Assembly: GCA_965250285.1 (NCBI GenBank)
Contig: OZ252299.1
Location: 2,880,001-2,944,000 of the forward strand
DNA from: Myxococcota bacterium
GTDB lineage: Bacteria > Myxococcota_A > UBA9160 > UBA4427
Direction: 5' to 3'
Length of the DNA: 64,000 nt
The notes under the pieces were generated by a model. That model did no database searches and had not been told where the DNA came from. It saw only the letters and a program-made list of their open reading frames with translations. The number at the start of each line of letters is the position of its first letter. Position 1 is the stretch's first letter. Below are positions 19,389 through 29,222 of this stretch, piece after piece. A program made the position numbers and the translations under genes.

Positions 19389-21563
19389 TCAGGGGGTGTG
19401 GGTTTGCTCGAACTCGGAGCGTTCGACCAGGGCGCGTAGGGCGCGGACGGCGCGGTGGGCGCTCGGGTAGCAGATGCGGCCGGCGTCGCGGACGGCGGCG
19501 GGGCCCGGGTTTTCGGGGTTCGAGACGGCGAGCTCGGTCACGGTCAGCACCGGCTTGCCGTGGCGCTCGCTGGCGTCGCGAGCCGCTTCGGCGAAGCGTC
19601 GATCCTGCTTCTCGTGATAGCCGACGATGCGCTCGAGCCCGTGCTCTGGGTAGAAGGCGCCCGTCTTGAAGGCACCGGCCTGACCCGACTGAATGCCGAT
19701 GCCGAGCTGCACCACCGCGTCGACGTCGGGGTGCGCGCAGATCATCTCGAGCACCTCGGGGATCGTGTCGCGGGTCTCGCCGCCCGCGAGGTCGATCGGG
19801 TTGTTCCGACTCCAGCGCGCCGGGACCATCGTGTCGATCTTCGCCTTGATGTCTTCGGGCAGCGGGATCAGCTCGAGCCCCTCGGTCGCGATCGCGTCGG
19901 CTGCGAGCACGCCCCAGCCGCCGACGCTCGTGAAGACAATGGTGCGTCGGCCGCGCGGACGGGGCTGCGTCGCGAGCGTCCCGGCCCACTCGAACGCCTC
20001 TTCGATCGTCGGCGCGCGCAGCACGCCGTACTGCCGGCAGAGCCCGTCGAAGACCCGGTCGTCGCTCGCGAGCGCACCCGTGTGGCTCGCCGCAGCGCGG
20101 GCGCCGGCCCCGCTCGCCCCGCCCTTCACCAGCACCAGCGGCTTGCGTGCGGTGAGTCGGGCCACGGCGCGCTTGAAGCGCTCGCCATCGGCGATGCCCT
20201 CGACGTAGGCAAGCGCAACGTCGGTGTCGGGATCGACGGCGAAGTACTCGAGCATCTCGGCCAGCCCCGTCTGCGCCGAGTTGCCGAGCGAGACGGCCTT
20301 GCTGACGCCGACGCCCGTCGACACCGCGTAGTTGAGATACGACGAGACGAGGTTGCCGCTCTGGCTCGCCACGCCGATGCGACCGGGCGGCGGGTACGGC
20401 GCCACGATCTGTGCGCACATCTTCGCCGGCGTCGAGATGACGCCCTGCCCGTTCGGTCCGATCAGGAGCAGACCGAGCTCTTCGGCCTTGGCGGCGAGCT
20501 CGACCTGCATGGCTTTGCCTTCTTCGCCCGCTTCGCCATAGCCGGCGCTCGCGACGAACGCAGCACGCACGCCCTTCTTGGCGCACGCCTCGAGGAGCGG
20601 CACGTTGACCTTGTTGGGCGTGCACACGACGACGAGGTCGGCGCGGCCGTCGGGCACCTCGGCGACGTCGGTGAGCGTCTCGCGCCCCAGCACCTCAGCG
20701 CCGTCGGGCTTCACCGGGAAGAGCTCTCCCTCGTAGCCGAATCGCATGAGGTTGTGCATCGTGACGAAGCCGAACTTGCCCGGATGGCTCGCCACGCCCG
20801 CGACGATGATTCCGCGCGGGTGAAAGAGCGGGCGGAAGCGATCGAGGATCGCCTCGTCGTCGAGCTCCGCAAGCTCGGTGGTCGCGGGCGCCGACTCGAC
20901 ATCGCCGAGCTCGACGAGCGCGTCGACGGCCACGGGCCGGTCCCCGCTCACGATCACCGGGTTCAGGTCGACGCTCGCCACGTCGGGCCGCTCGAGACCG
21001 AGGCGACCGAGACCGACGAGCAGCTTCGCAAGCGCACCCTCGTCGACCGGGGGCTCCCCTCGGAAGGGCCGGGTCAGCAGATGCGACGCGCCGAGCGCGT
21101 GGATCATCTGCTTCGCTTCGGCTTCGTCGATGGGCGCAGCCGCGAACACGGCGTCGCCCACCGCCTCGGTCAGGATGCCGCCGAGACCGAGCAGCACACA
21201 CGGACCGAACTGTGGATCGCGCACGAGCCCGGCGATCAGCTCGCGTCGCCCCGACACCATCTCGGCCACGAGCAACGAGACGTCGCCGTCTTCGGGGCGC
21301 GCCTTGCCGAGCAGCTCGTCGGCGGCCGCGCGCACGGCGTCGGCATCCTCGAGACCGAGGCGCACGAGATCGCGCTCGGTCTTGTGAGCGATGGCATCGC
21401 CGTTCAGCTTGAGCACGACCGGGAACCCGATCGACTCCGCGGCCTGCACCGCAGCATCGGCATTGGCAGCCAGGGCTTCGGAGGGGAACGGAACGCCGAC
21501 ATCGGCGAGGAGCTGCTTGGAGGCGTGCTCCGAGAGCGTGTGCGTCGAGGCTTCTGAAGTCAT
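19389..21563 (-). CDS. Acetate/acyl--CoA ligase (ADP-forming), fused beta-alpha order
   Basis: N-terminal ATP-grasp (IGFPVVLK, AHKTE, DPQFGP, DLNP) then CoA-binding/ligase domains (GPNGQG, SQSG, SLGN, AASHTGAL, NNPIDL). Confidence 0.88.
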   Translation of the reverse strand: MTSEASTHTLSEHASKQLLADVGVPFPSEALAANADAAVQAAESIGFPVVLKLNGDAIAHKTERDLVRLGLEDADAVRAAADELLGKARPEDGDVSLLVAEMVSGRRELIAGLVRDPQFGPCVLLGLGGILTEAVGDAVFAAAPIDEAEAKQMIHALGASHLLTRPFRGEPPVDEGALAKLLVGLGRLGLERPDVASVDLNPVIVSGDRPVAVDALVELGDVESAPATTELAELDDEAILDRFRPLFHPRGIIVAGVASHPGKFGFVTMHNLMRFGYEGELFPVKPDGAEVLGRETLTDVAEVPDGRADLVVVCTPNKVNVPLLEACAKKGVRAAFVASAGYGEAGEEGKAMQVELAAKAEELGLLLIGPNGQGVISTPAKMCAQIVAPYPPPGRIGVASQSGNLVSSYLNYAVSTGVGVSKAVSLGNSAQTGLAEMLEYFAVDPDTDVALAYVEGIADGERFKRAVARLTARKPLVLVKGGASGAGARAAASHTGALASDDRVFDGLCRQYGVLRAPTIEEAFEWAGTLATQPRPRGRRTIVFTSVGGWGVLAADAIATEGLELIPLPEDIKAKIDTMVPARWSRNNPIDLAGGETRDTIPEVLEMICAHPDVDAVVQLGIGIQSGQAGAFKTGAFYPEHGLERIVGYHEKQDRRFAEAARDASERHGKPVLTVTELAVSNPENPGPAAVRDAGRICYPSAHRAVRALRALVERSEFEQTHTP

Positions 21564-21784
21564 GGCCGGGCAGATTAGCCGCCGGGCCGGTTCCGGGCAC
21601 GCGCCGAACGGGCGCCCGGCTCGCCCAGGTCGCCGACGCACGATTGGCCCAAACGATGGGCTGCCTTAATCTCCAGCCTCGTTCCGCCGATCTCACCTTC
21701 GCCCCCCGTACAGTGAGCCACGGGCTCAGGCCCGCATTCTTCGACCGCCCTCGCGCCCCGCGAGGGCGCACGCCGGGGGGCCCC

Positions 21785-23302
21785 TTGGACAACGACGACG
21801 CCTACGGCTGGCTGGATTCGCTCGACGGCGCGTTCTCGAGCTGGCTGGTCACGCCGATCGAGAGCGTGCTCTTCTTCGACCTGGCCTTCTGGGACAACGG
21901 CCAGCCCGACGAGCTGAACCTGCCCGTCGTCGTCGTCTGGCTCGTGTTGGGCGCGATCTACTTCACGCTGAAGTTCCAGTTCGTGAACTTCCGAGCCTTT
22001 CGTCACGCGATCGATTGCGTACGCGGCAAGTACACCGACCCGCACGAGCACGGCGAGATCTCGCACTTCCAGGCGCTGTCTGCCGCGCTCTCGGCCACGG
22101 TCGGCCTCGGCAACATCGCCGGCGTGGCGGTGGCGGTCGGCATCGGAGGCCCAGGCGCCGTCTTCTGGATGATCGTCGCCGGCTTCCTCGGCATGTCCTC
22201 GAAGTTCGCCGAGTGCTCCCTCGGACAGAAGTATCGAATCGAGCGCGGCGACGGGCACGTGATCGGCGGGCCCATGATCTACCTGCGCGACGGCCTCGCC
22301 GAGCTCGGCTGGGGCCGACTCGGCCAGGGGCTCTCGATCGTCTTCGCGGTGATGTGCATCGGCGGTAGCTTCGGCGGGGGCAACATGTTCCAGTCGAATC
22401 AGGCGTTCCTGATCGTGTCGGAGCAGATCCCGTGGCTGGCCGCGAACGGCAAGATCGGCGCGGCGATCTTCGGCGCGCTCCTCGCCGGTCTCGTCGGCCT
22501 CGTCATCATCGGCGGCATCAAGCGCATCGGCGAAGTCGCGGGTGTGCTCGTGCCCTTCATGTGCGTCGTCTACGTCGTCGCGGGCGTGACGATCCTGATC
22601 ATGCACGCCGCCGAAGTCCCGGGCGCATTCGGCGTCATCGTCGGCAAGGCCTTCTCGCTCGAAGCGGGCTTCGGCGGCCTCGTCGGCGCCTTGATCCAGG
22701 GGTTTCGACGCGCCGCCTTCAGCAACGAGGCCGGGACGGGCTCGGCGAGCATCGCCCACTCGGCCGCTCGCACCGACGAGCCGGTGAGAGAGGGCATCGT
22801 CGCGCTGCTCGAGCCCTTCATCGACACGATCATCGTCTGCACGACCACGGCGCTCGTGCTCGTCGTGACGGGGGCCTACGCCGACCCCGAGGCGGGCAGT
22901 GGTATCGCGATGACGGCCTCGGCGTTTGCGACGGTCTGGCCGTGGTTTCCGGCCGTGCTTTCCGTGACCGCCGTGCTCTTCGCGTTCTCGACGATGATTT
23001 CGTGGAGCTACTACGGCGAGCAGTGCTGGATCCGGCTCTTCGGGCGCTCGAGCCTGATCGTGTATCAGTCGATCTTTCTGTTCTTCACCTGGGCCGGAGC
23101 CGTCTTCAGCGCGACGGCGGTCCTCACCTTCGGCGACCTCATGGTGCTCGGGATGGCCTTCCCCAACATCCTCGGCGTGGTGATGCTGTCGGGGCGGCTC
23201 AAGGTCGACCTCGACGTCTACATGGAGCGCCTGCGGTCGGGCGCATTCCGCCGCTACGACAAGGCGGTGGCCGCCGTCGACCCCGGAGCGGTGGCCGACT
23301 GA
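21785..23302 (+). CDS. Alanine/glycine:cation symporter (AGCS) family protein
   Basis: SHFQAL, ATVGLGNIAGVA, GGPGAVFWM, GGPMIYL, FSNEAGTGSA, LLEPFIDT. Start (TTG 21785) uncertain. Confidence 0.92.
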   Translation: MDNDDAYGWLDSLDGAFSSWLVTPIESVLFFDLAFWDNGQPDELNLPVVVVWLVLGAIYFTLKFQFVNFRAFRHAIDCVRGKYTDPHEHGEISHFQALSAALSATVGLGNIAGVAVAVGIGGPGAVFWMIVAGFLGMSSKFAECSLGQKYRIERGDGHVIGGPMIYLRDGLAELGWGRLGQGLSIVFAVMCIGGSFGGGNMFQSNQAFLIVSEQIPWLAANGKIGAAIFGALLAGLVGLVIIGGIKRIGEVAGVLVPFMCVVYVVAGVTILIMHAAEVPGAFGVIVGKAFSLEAGFGGLVGALIQGFRRAAFSNEAGTGSASIAHSAARTDEPVREGIVALLEPFIDTIIVCTTTALVLVVTGAYADPEAGSGIAMTASAFATVWPWFPAVLSVTAVLFAFSTMISWSYYGEQCWIRLFGRSSLIVYQSIFLFFTWAGAVFSATAVLTFGDLMVLGMAFPNILGVVMLSGRLKVDLDVYMERLRSGAFRRYDKAVAAVDPGAVAD

Positions 23303-23312
23303 GGCACCGCGC

Positions 23313-25487
23313 TCAGCGGCGAACCATGCGCCGCTCGCCCCGGTCGTGGCCGAGTCGCGCCTCGTGCGCCACATAGGCGAGGATCGCGTTGGCCTCGTCG
23401 GCCGTCATGAAGTCCTTCCACGCCGGCATGCCGTTCACCGCGAGCGAGCCGTCCATGACGATCGACTGCCAGACGGGCTCGAGATCGGCCACGCGATAGC
23501 GCAGATCGGGCACGAGGCCGCCGCTCGTCGCGTTGCCGCCGTGACAGAAGACGCAGTACGTGTCGTAGAGCGCACGCCCTTCGGCGACGCGCTCGGGCGT
23601 TGCCGACGCCATCTCGTGCGCTGGCAGCGCCTGGATCTCGGTCTCGATGAGCGGCAGCGTGCCGTCTTCCCCGAGCTTGAAGACCAGCAGGCGGCTGATG
23701 TTGACCATGTGCTGGGGCCCGCTGATCACGCCGAAGGGCAGACTGCTCTCGCCGCCCCAGCCCTGGGCGACGGCGACGTACTGCTCGCCGTCGATCTCAT
23801 AGGTCACGGGCGAAGCCATGACGCCGCCCTGCACGTCTTCGGACCAGACCTCTTCGCCGGTATCGGCGCGGAACGCCTTGAAGGTGCCGGCCAGATCGCC
23901 CTGGAACACGAGGTTGCCGTGGGTCGAGAGCAGACCGCTGCCCGAGTAGAAGCCACGCGGGACGCGCCAGACTTCCTTCTTCTGCACGGGATCCCAGGCG
24001 ATCAGGATACCGGCCGCGGCCTCCTTCCCGATGGGTGCGCGCGCCTCGGCCGGCACCTCGTCCGGCAGCGCGACCAGCGGCGCCGAGGCGTAGTTCACGT
24101 GCCAGATGGTGTCGCGCTCGGTGAGGTCGAGATCGTCCAGGTAGATGCCGCTCGACACCTTGGCCGGGATGTAGACCAGCCCGGTATCGGGGCTGTACGA
24201 CATCGGATGCCAGTTGTGTGCGCCGGACGGCCCCGGGATGAGCGTCTGCGGCGTCTCTGTGTTGCGGGCGTTCTCCGCCTCGACGGGTCGCCCCGTCTCC
24301 ATGTCGACGTGGGTCGCCCAGGTGACGGGCATGTACTTGTCAGCGGCGAGCAGCTCGCCCGTCTCTCGGTCGACGACGTAGAAGAAGCCGTTCTTCGGGG
24401 CCTGCATCAGCACCTTGCGCGGTTCACCTTCCCAGTCGAGCTCGGCCAGGATCATGTGCTGCGTCGCCGTGTAGTCCCAGTGATCGCCGGGCGTCGTCTG
24501 GTAGTGCCAGCGGTACTCGCCCGTATCCGCATCGACGGCGACGATCGACGAGACGAACAGGTTGTCTCCGCCCTCCGGGCTTCGCAGCTTCGAGTTCCAA
24601 GTCGCCGAGTTGCCGACGCCGATGTAGAGCAGGTTGAGCTCGGGATCGAAGGCGAACGAATCCCAGGCGGTGCCGCCGCCCTTGCCGTTCTTCCACCACT
24701 CGCCCGTCCACGTCTTCGCGATCATTTCCTGGGTTTCGTCTTCGAAGCCCATCTCGGGATTGCCGGGAACGGTGAAGAAACGCCACGCCTGCTGGCCGTC
24801 CTCGACGTCGTACGCGGTGACGTAGCCGCGCACGCTCATCTCGGCGCCGCCGTTGCCGATGATCGCCTTGCCGTTCACGACGCGGGGCGCGCCGGTGATC
24901 GTGTACGAGTCGGTGTCGTTGATCCGGGTATCGACCTCCCACACGACTTCACCGGTGTCGCGATCGAGGGCGCGCAGACGGCCGTCGAGACTCGCGGCGA
25001 TGACCTTGTCTCCCCACAGCGCGACGCCGCGGTTCACGACGTCGCAGCACGCGTGTCGGCCGTAGTCCTTGGGCACCTCGGGATCGAAGTGCCAGAGCAG
25101 CTCTCCTGTCTTGGCGTCGTAAGCGAGCACGTGCCCCCAGCTCGCCGTCACGTAGATGCGACCATTCGACACGAGCGGCGTCGTCTCGATGCCGCGCTTC
25201 GTCGGCAGATCGGCGTACCACGCCAGCCCGAGATCTGAGACGGTCTCGACATTCACCTGATCGAGCGGCGAGAAGCGCTGTTCGCCGTAGGTCCGACCAT
25301 GGCTCAGCCACTCGCCGGCCGATTCGTCCGCGGCGATGATGGCCGCCGCATCGACCAGAGGCGCTTCGGCTGCGGCCGTCGCCGGCGCTTCGGCCGGCGG
25401 CGTCGACGGCGCGTCGTCGTTCGAGCAGGCGGCGACCGATGCGATCACGGCAATGAGGATCAGATTCGTCGGGCGGATGCGGGCCAT
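23313..25487 (-). CDS. Type II quinohemoprotein alcohol dehydrogenase (PQQ + heme c), lipoprotein
   Basis: Lipobox VAAC; EQRFSPL; vicinal ACCDVVNRG; GNGGAE; DHWDYTATQ; GAHNWHPMS; C-terminal CVFCH. Confidence 0.92.
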   Translation of the reverse strand: MARIRPTNLILIAVIASVAACSNDDAPSTPPAEAPATAAAEAPLVDAAAIIAADESAGEWLSHGRTYGEQRFSPLDQVNVETVSDLGLAWYADLPTKRGIETTPLVSNGRIYVTASWGHVLAYDAKTGELLWHFDPEVPKDYGRHACCDVVNRGVALWGDKVIAASLDGRLRALDRDTGEVVWEVDTRINDTDSYTITGAPRVVNGKAIIGNGGAEMSVRGYVTAYDVEDGQQAWRFFTVPGNPEMGFEDETQEMIAKTWTGEWWKNGKGGGTAWDSFAFDPELNLLYIGVGNSATWNSKLRSPEGGDNLFVSSIVAVDADTGEYRWHYQTTPGDHWDYTATQHMILAELDWEGEPRKVLMQAPKNGFFYVVDRETGELLAADKYMPVTWATHVDMETGRPVEAENARNTETPQTLIPGPSGAHNWHPMSYSPDTGLVYIPAKVSSGIYLDDLDLTERDTIWHVNYASAPLVALPDEVPAEARAPIGKEAAAGILIAWDPVQKKEVWRVPRGFYSGSGLLSTHGNLVFQGDLAGTFKAFRADTGEEVWSEDVQGGVMASPVTYEIDGEQYVAVAQGWGGESSLPFGVISGPQHMVNISRLLVFKLGEDGTLPLIETEIQALPAHEMASATPERVAEGRALYDTYCVFCHGGNATSGGLVPDLRYRVADLEPVWQSIVMDGSLAVNGMPAWKDFMTADEANAILAYVAHEARLGHDRGERRMVRR

Positions 25488-25629
25488 GGGGCAACTCCGA
25501 AACGGTGCTCGGGCCCGACCTCGAACTCGGGTCGGGCGCCTCGCGGGATTGATGCTGCCTGCAGTATGGCAGAGGCGAGCGGTCCCCTCGTCCCCACCTG
25601 AATGGGGGCGCCCCCCCTCAGCAATGGGA

Positions 25630-26415
25630 TCACTCGAACTCGTCGGCGAAGCGAATCGTTCCGCTCAGCAGACCATCGACGACGATGTCCGAGCCGCCGG
25701 TCTTGAACATCCACTCGAGTCGATGATCGCGGTACTGCCGCACGACGTCGCCCGGCCCGTGCTCGGCGAGCCGCTGCATCGCCTCACGCGCTTCATCGAG
25801 GACGCGCCGCGTGCTCTCCCGCTCACCCGCACGGGCGAGCCAGGCGGCGAGCTTCGGCCGCCGATCGTCGACCGCGTAGCCCAGCTGCTGCGAGAGCAGA
25901 ACGTGGGGGAACACCGCGGCATCTCCGCGGCCGAACGCCTCACCGTTGAACCAGGGGCGCCCTTCGAGCTCGCGGTCGAGGCGATTCCAGAGCCGCTGCA
26001 GCTGGAGCCCGGCGCGCGTGAGCAGCGTGCCCTCGCGGTCGCCCGCGGCGCGGCCGAAGAGCTTCAGTTCGCCGATCCCCCAGTTCACGGCTTCGTACTC
26101 GCCGTCCATCATCTCTTCGAGCATGCGAACGCGGGCACGCTCCGCTGCCTGGGGTGGCGAGGTCTGCTGGTTCTCGTAGCGCTCGTCGAGGTACTCGAGG
26201 ATCACGGTCGAGTCGAAGAGACGCGCGTCGCCGTCGACGAGGGCCGGCACCTCGCGGCGCGGGCTCGCCATCACGAACTCCTGAAAGACCTCGTCCTCGG
26301 TCGGCGCATGCACGTCGACCGCCACGCGCTCGAAGGGCAGCCCCTTCTCATAGAGGACGATCTTGACCTTCTGGACGTAGGGCGAGAGAGGATGTTCGAA
26401 GAGCTTGATCGCCAT
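25630..26415 (-). CDS. Glutathione S-transferase family protein
   Basis: SPYVQKVKIVLYEKGL, SPRREVPAL, DSTVILEYL, FGRGD. Confidence 0.88.
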   Translation of the reverse strand: MAIKLFEHPLSPYVQKVKIVLYEKGLPFERVAVDVHAPTEDEVFQEFVMASPRREVPALVDGDARLFDSTVILEYLDERYENQQTSPPQAAERARVRMLEEMMDGEYEAVNWGIGELKLFGRAAGDREGTLLTRAGLQLQRLWNRLDRELEGRPWFNGEAFGRGDAAVFPHVLLSQQLGYAVDDRRPKLAAWLARAGERESTRRVLDEAREAMQRLAEHGPGDVVRQYRDHRLEWMFKTGGSDIVVDGLLSGTIRFADEFE

Positions 26416-26521
26416 TCGCAGGGCCCGCACCGGCCACGCGCGCGGCGGCGGTCGCACCGCGGCGCGCGTGCTGACGCCGCGGGGGCGGCTCGTGCTCACC
26501 GGCCCCGCGGCACGCCGTCCT

Positions 26522-27334
26522 CTATTTCACGCTGATGACATGCTCAGCGCTGAACTTCACGCGACCCGACTTGCCCGTGTAGCCACCGAGCGGCTGATCG
26601 CCGTACATCGGGTTCGACTTGGTCGACAGCCCGATCGCCTTCTCGGTCCCGAAGAGATAGGCCCCGACCAGCGGGTAGTTGCCCGGCTTGTCGGGCGCCT
26701 TCAGGGTGAAGATGACCTTCGCCTTTGCCCAGTCGCCTGCGTCGGCGTCGCTCTTCCAGTCGGTGATGTTCACGTACGTGATCGCACGACCGAAGCGCTC
26801 GGGGCGCCGCGAGAGCCAGTCGGTCTGGGGGCTCCCATTCGGCCCGATGATCGTCGGCGCGCCGACGACCTGCCAACCGGCGGACGAAGCGGGCTTCGCG
26901 TACCAGCGGTGCGCGCGGTCGACGAGCGCGACACCCACCACCGGCCCGGCACCGCCCGTGACGCGCGCGGTGATCTGGAACGTCTCGCCGGGGGCGACCT
27001 GCGGCGGGAACTCGATCTCGATCGTCGAGTTCGCGTCGACGGCCTTCAACAGCTCGACGAGCTGGGCGCGCTGCGCCTCGGAGAGCTCACCGTAGGCCTT
27101 GTTGCCACCCGCCACGAGCGCGTAGTGCTTGTTGGCCGCCACCTCCTTCTCGGCGCGGTCGCCGGGCACGCCCGCGAGATCCTTGGGCGACGACGACGAG
27201 TGACACGCCGCGCAGAACGGGGCGACGTCGGTCTGGAAGTCGGGCGTTCCGCCGGGGTAGCCGAACGCCGGCGCGGTGACGCCCATCGACAACGCGGCCA
27301 GCAGGGCGATTCTCCAGCTCGATTGGAACGGCAT
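26522..27334 (-). CDS. Secreted monoheme cytochrome c with Reeler/Ig-like C-terminal domain
   Basis: Signal peptide ending AFG-YPGG, CAACH near the mature N-terminus, beta-rich C-terminal part (FTLKAPDKPGNY). Confidence 0.7.
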   Translation of the reverse strand: MPFQSSWRIALLAALSMGVTAPAFGYPGGTPDFQTDVAPFCAACHSSSSPKDLAGVPGDRAEKEVAANKHYALVAGGNKAYGELSEAQRAQLVELLKAVDANSTIEIEFPPQVAPGETFQITARVTGGAGPVVGVALVDRAHRWYAKPASSAGWQVVGAPTIIGPNGSPQTDWLSRRPERFGRAITYVNITDWKSDADAGDWAKAKVIFTLKAPDKPGNYPLVGAYLFGTEKAIGLSTKSNPMYGDQPLGGYTGKSGRVKFSAEHVISVK

Positions 27335-27346
27335 GGTTCGATCTCC

Positions 27347-27946
27347 TCAGTTCTTGAATTCGGAGTGGCAGTTTGCGCACTGATTTCGCACGTGCGCGAG
27401 GTCGAGAAAGTGAAACTCGGCATCACCGGGCTCATGTGACTGATGGCACTGCACACAGTCGACGCCGAGCTCGCGGTTGTGCACGCCGAGCTCGTGAAAC
27501 CGCGGTCGAGGCAGACCCGACGGCGTCTCGTCGAAGTGGGGATGGCACTGGGTGCAGTCGGCGTCGACGAGCGGCGTCGACATGTGATCGGGTTCGTCGA
27601 AGTCGCCGCTCAACCAGACGAGGGCGTCCCTTGCCGCGAGCATCTTGACGCGGGCCTTGCCGACGAAGCCCACGCCGCCATGACAGTCGATGCACCGCGC
27701 CGGATCGGGCGGGCTCATGTCGGCGCGGATCATCGAGGCATGCAGCCCGGCCAGATTCACGGGCGGGCGTTGATCGAAATCCTCGCGAATCACGAGGTGC
27801 AGCGGGGGCCCGCCATCCGGGAGGTGACAGGCGTTGCAGAAGTCGTTCTGTCGCTCCACGGCGTCGCTCACCACCCAGCCGGTCGGCGCACCGATCACCG
27901 CGAACATCGCCGCGATCCAGACGAGCCGACCTCGCTTCGCGCTCAC
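27347..27946 (-). CDS. Membrane-anchored NapC/NirT-like pentaheme cytochrome c
   Basis: N-terminal TM, FCNACH, CIDCH, CTQCH, CVQCH, CANCH; GGAGG RBS before GTG. Confidence 0.8.
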   Translation of the reverse strand: MSAKRGRLVWIAAMFAVIGAPTGWVVSDAVERQNDFCNACHLPDGGPPLHLVIREDFDQRPPVNLAGLHASMIRADMSPPDPARCIDCHGGVGFVGKARVKMLAARDALVWLSGDFDEPDHMSTPLVDADCTQCHPHFDETPSGLPRPRFHELGVHNRELGVDCVQCHQSHEPGDAEFHFLDLAHVRNQCANCHSEFKN

Positions 27947-28257
27947 GGGATCGAGAACCTCCCTGGGCGCCCATGGCGAGACGGAATCCCCGAACTGCCC
28001 ACCCGGCAGCGGGAGCCCGCCCCTCACCCCGGCGAAAACGGTCGCACACGGCGGTGCCGCAGAACAGCCTCGGGTGGTCGGTCGAAGCGCTCACCGACCG
28101 CCCCGATCGAAGCTCCATCGGCCACTCGCCCTGCTAGTCTGAGCGGCCCGGGCCATTTCGGCCCGAATCGCGAGGCCCAGTGTGTGGTTCGGGTCACATC
28201 CGGGCCGGACGCCGAGCGGGTGAGGCCGTCACGAGGCCGCAATAGAGAGGGAACGAC

Positions 28258-29151
28258 GTGAGCGCATCGACCACCGAGATCGGCCGTCTGGGCGTCTGGA
28301 CCTGGCTTGACGGCATGTCCGCCGAGCAGGCAGCGGTCTTTGCCCAGCGCATCGAGGCCTGGGGCTACACGGCGCTGTGGATCCCCGAGGCCGTCGGCCG
28401 CGAGCCCTTCTCGTTCATCGGCTACCTCGCTGCGCAGACGTCGAAGCTGGTGCTGGCCACCGGCATCGCGAACGTCTACGCCCGCGACCCGATGACCACG
28501 AACGCCGTGCGGCAGACTCTCGGCGAGCTGGCGCCCGGACGCTTCGTCATGGGCCTCGGTGTCTCGCATGGGCATCTGGTGGCCGGGGTGCGCGGCCACG
28601 AGTACAGCTCGAAGCCGGTTTCGATGATGCGCGACTACCTCGAGAAGATGGATTCGGCGCTCTACATGGGCACGAAGCCGGCCGAGCCTGCGCCGATCGT
28701 GCTCGCAGCCCTGCGCGACAAGATGCTCGGCCTCGCAGCGAGCGCGACCGCTGGAGCACATCCGTACTTCGTGCCCCCCGAGCACACCGCGCGCGCGAGA
28801 GAGGTGCTGGGCAGCGACGCATGGCTCTGCCCCGAGCAGATGGTTCTGCTCGAGACCGACCCGACGGTCGCCCGCCAGGTCGCACGGCAGAACATGGAGG
28901 TCTACATCCGCCTGCCCAACTACCAGAACAACCTGCGGCAGTTCGGCTTCGGCGACGAAGACTTCGAGAATGGCGGCAGCGACAAGCTGGTCGATGCCAT
29001 CGTGTGCTGGGGCGACGAGAAGGCGATCGCCGACCGCATTCAGGCCCACTACGACGCGGGGGCCGATCACGTGTGCATCCAGCCCTTCAAGGTCGACGGC
29101 CCCGGTCCCGACGAACGCCTGCTCGAGATCTTCGCGCCGGCGAAGAACTGA
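28258..29151 (+). CDS. LLM class (probably F420-dependent, TIGR03620-like) oxidoreductase
   Basis: [50 protein letters not shown]. Confidence 0.85.
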   Translation: MSASTTEIGRLGVWTWLDGMSAEQAAVFAQRIEAWGYTALWIPEAVGREPFSFIGYLAAQTSKLVLATGIANVYARDPMTTNAVRQTLGELAPGRFVMGLGVSHGHLVAGVRGHEYSSKPVSMMRDYLEKMDSALYMGTKPAEPAPIVLAALRDKMLGLAASATAGAHPYFVPPEHTARAREVLGSDAWLCPEQMVLLETDPTVARQVARQNMEVYIRLPNYQNNLRQFGFGDEDFENGGSDKLVDAIVCWGDEKAIADRIQAHYDAGADHVCIQPFKVDGPGPDERLLEIFAPAKN

Positions 29152-29222
29152 CGCCCCAAGAGTCGCCCACACAGACCCGGGACGTTCGCCCGCGAAGACG
29201 CCCGAGCACGGAGGCCATGTCG

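Noticed and set aside
21564..21784. Glycine riboswitch upstream of the AGCS symporter
   Set aside because: No GGAGA...CCGAAG...CTYTCAGG pattern is recognisable.
24460..24490. Lanthanide-dependent PQQ dehydrogenase
   Set aside because: The motif is WDYTA, lacking the extra Asp (D-Y/F-D) of lanthanide-binding enzymes; it fits Ca-type QH-ADH.
28377..29222. Long N-terminal extension of DapL in the ORF track
   Set aside because: It overlaps the LLM gene in another frame; DapL homology and the RBS begin at 29223.
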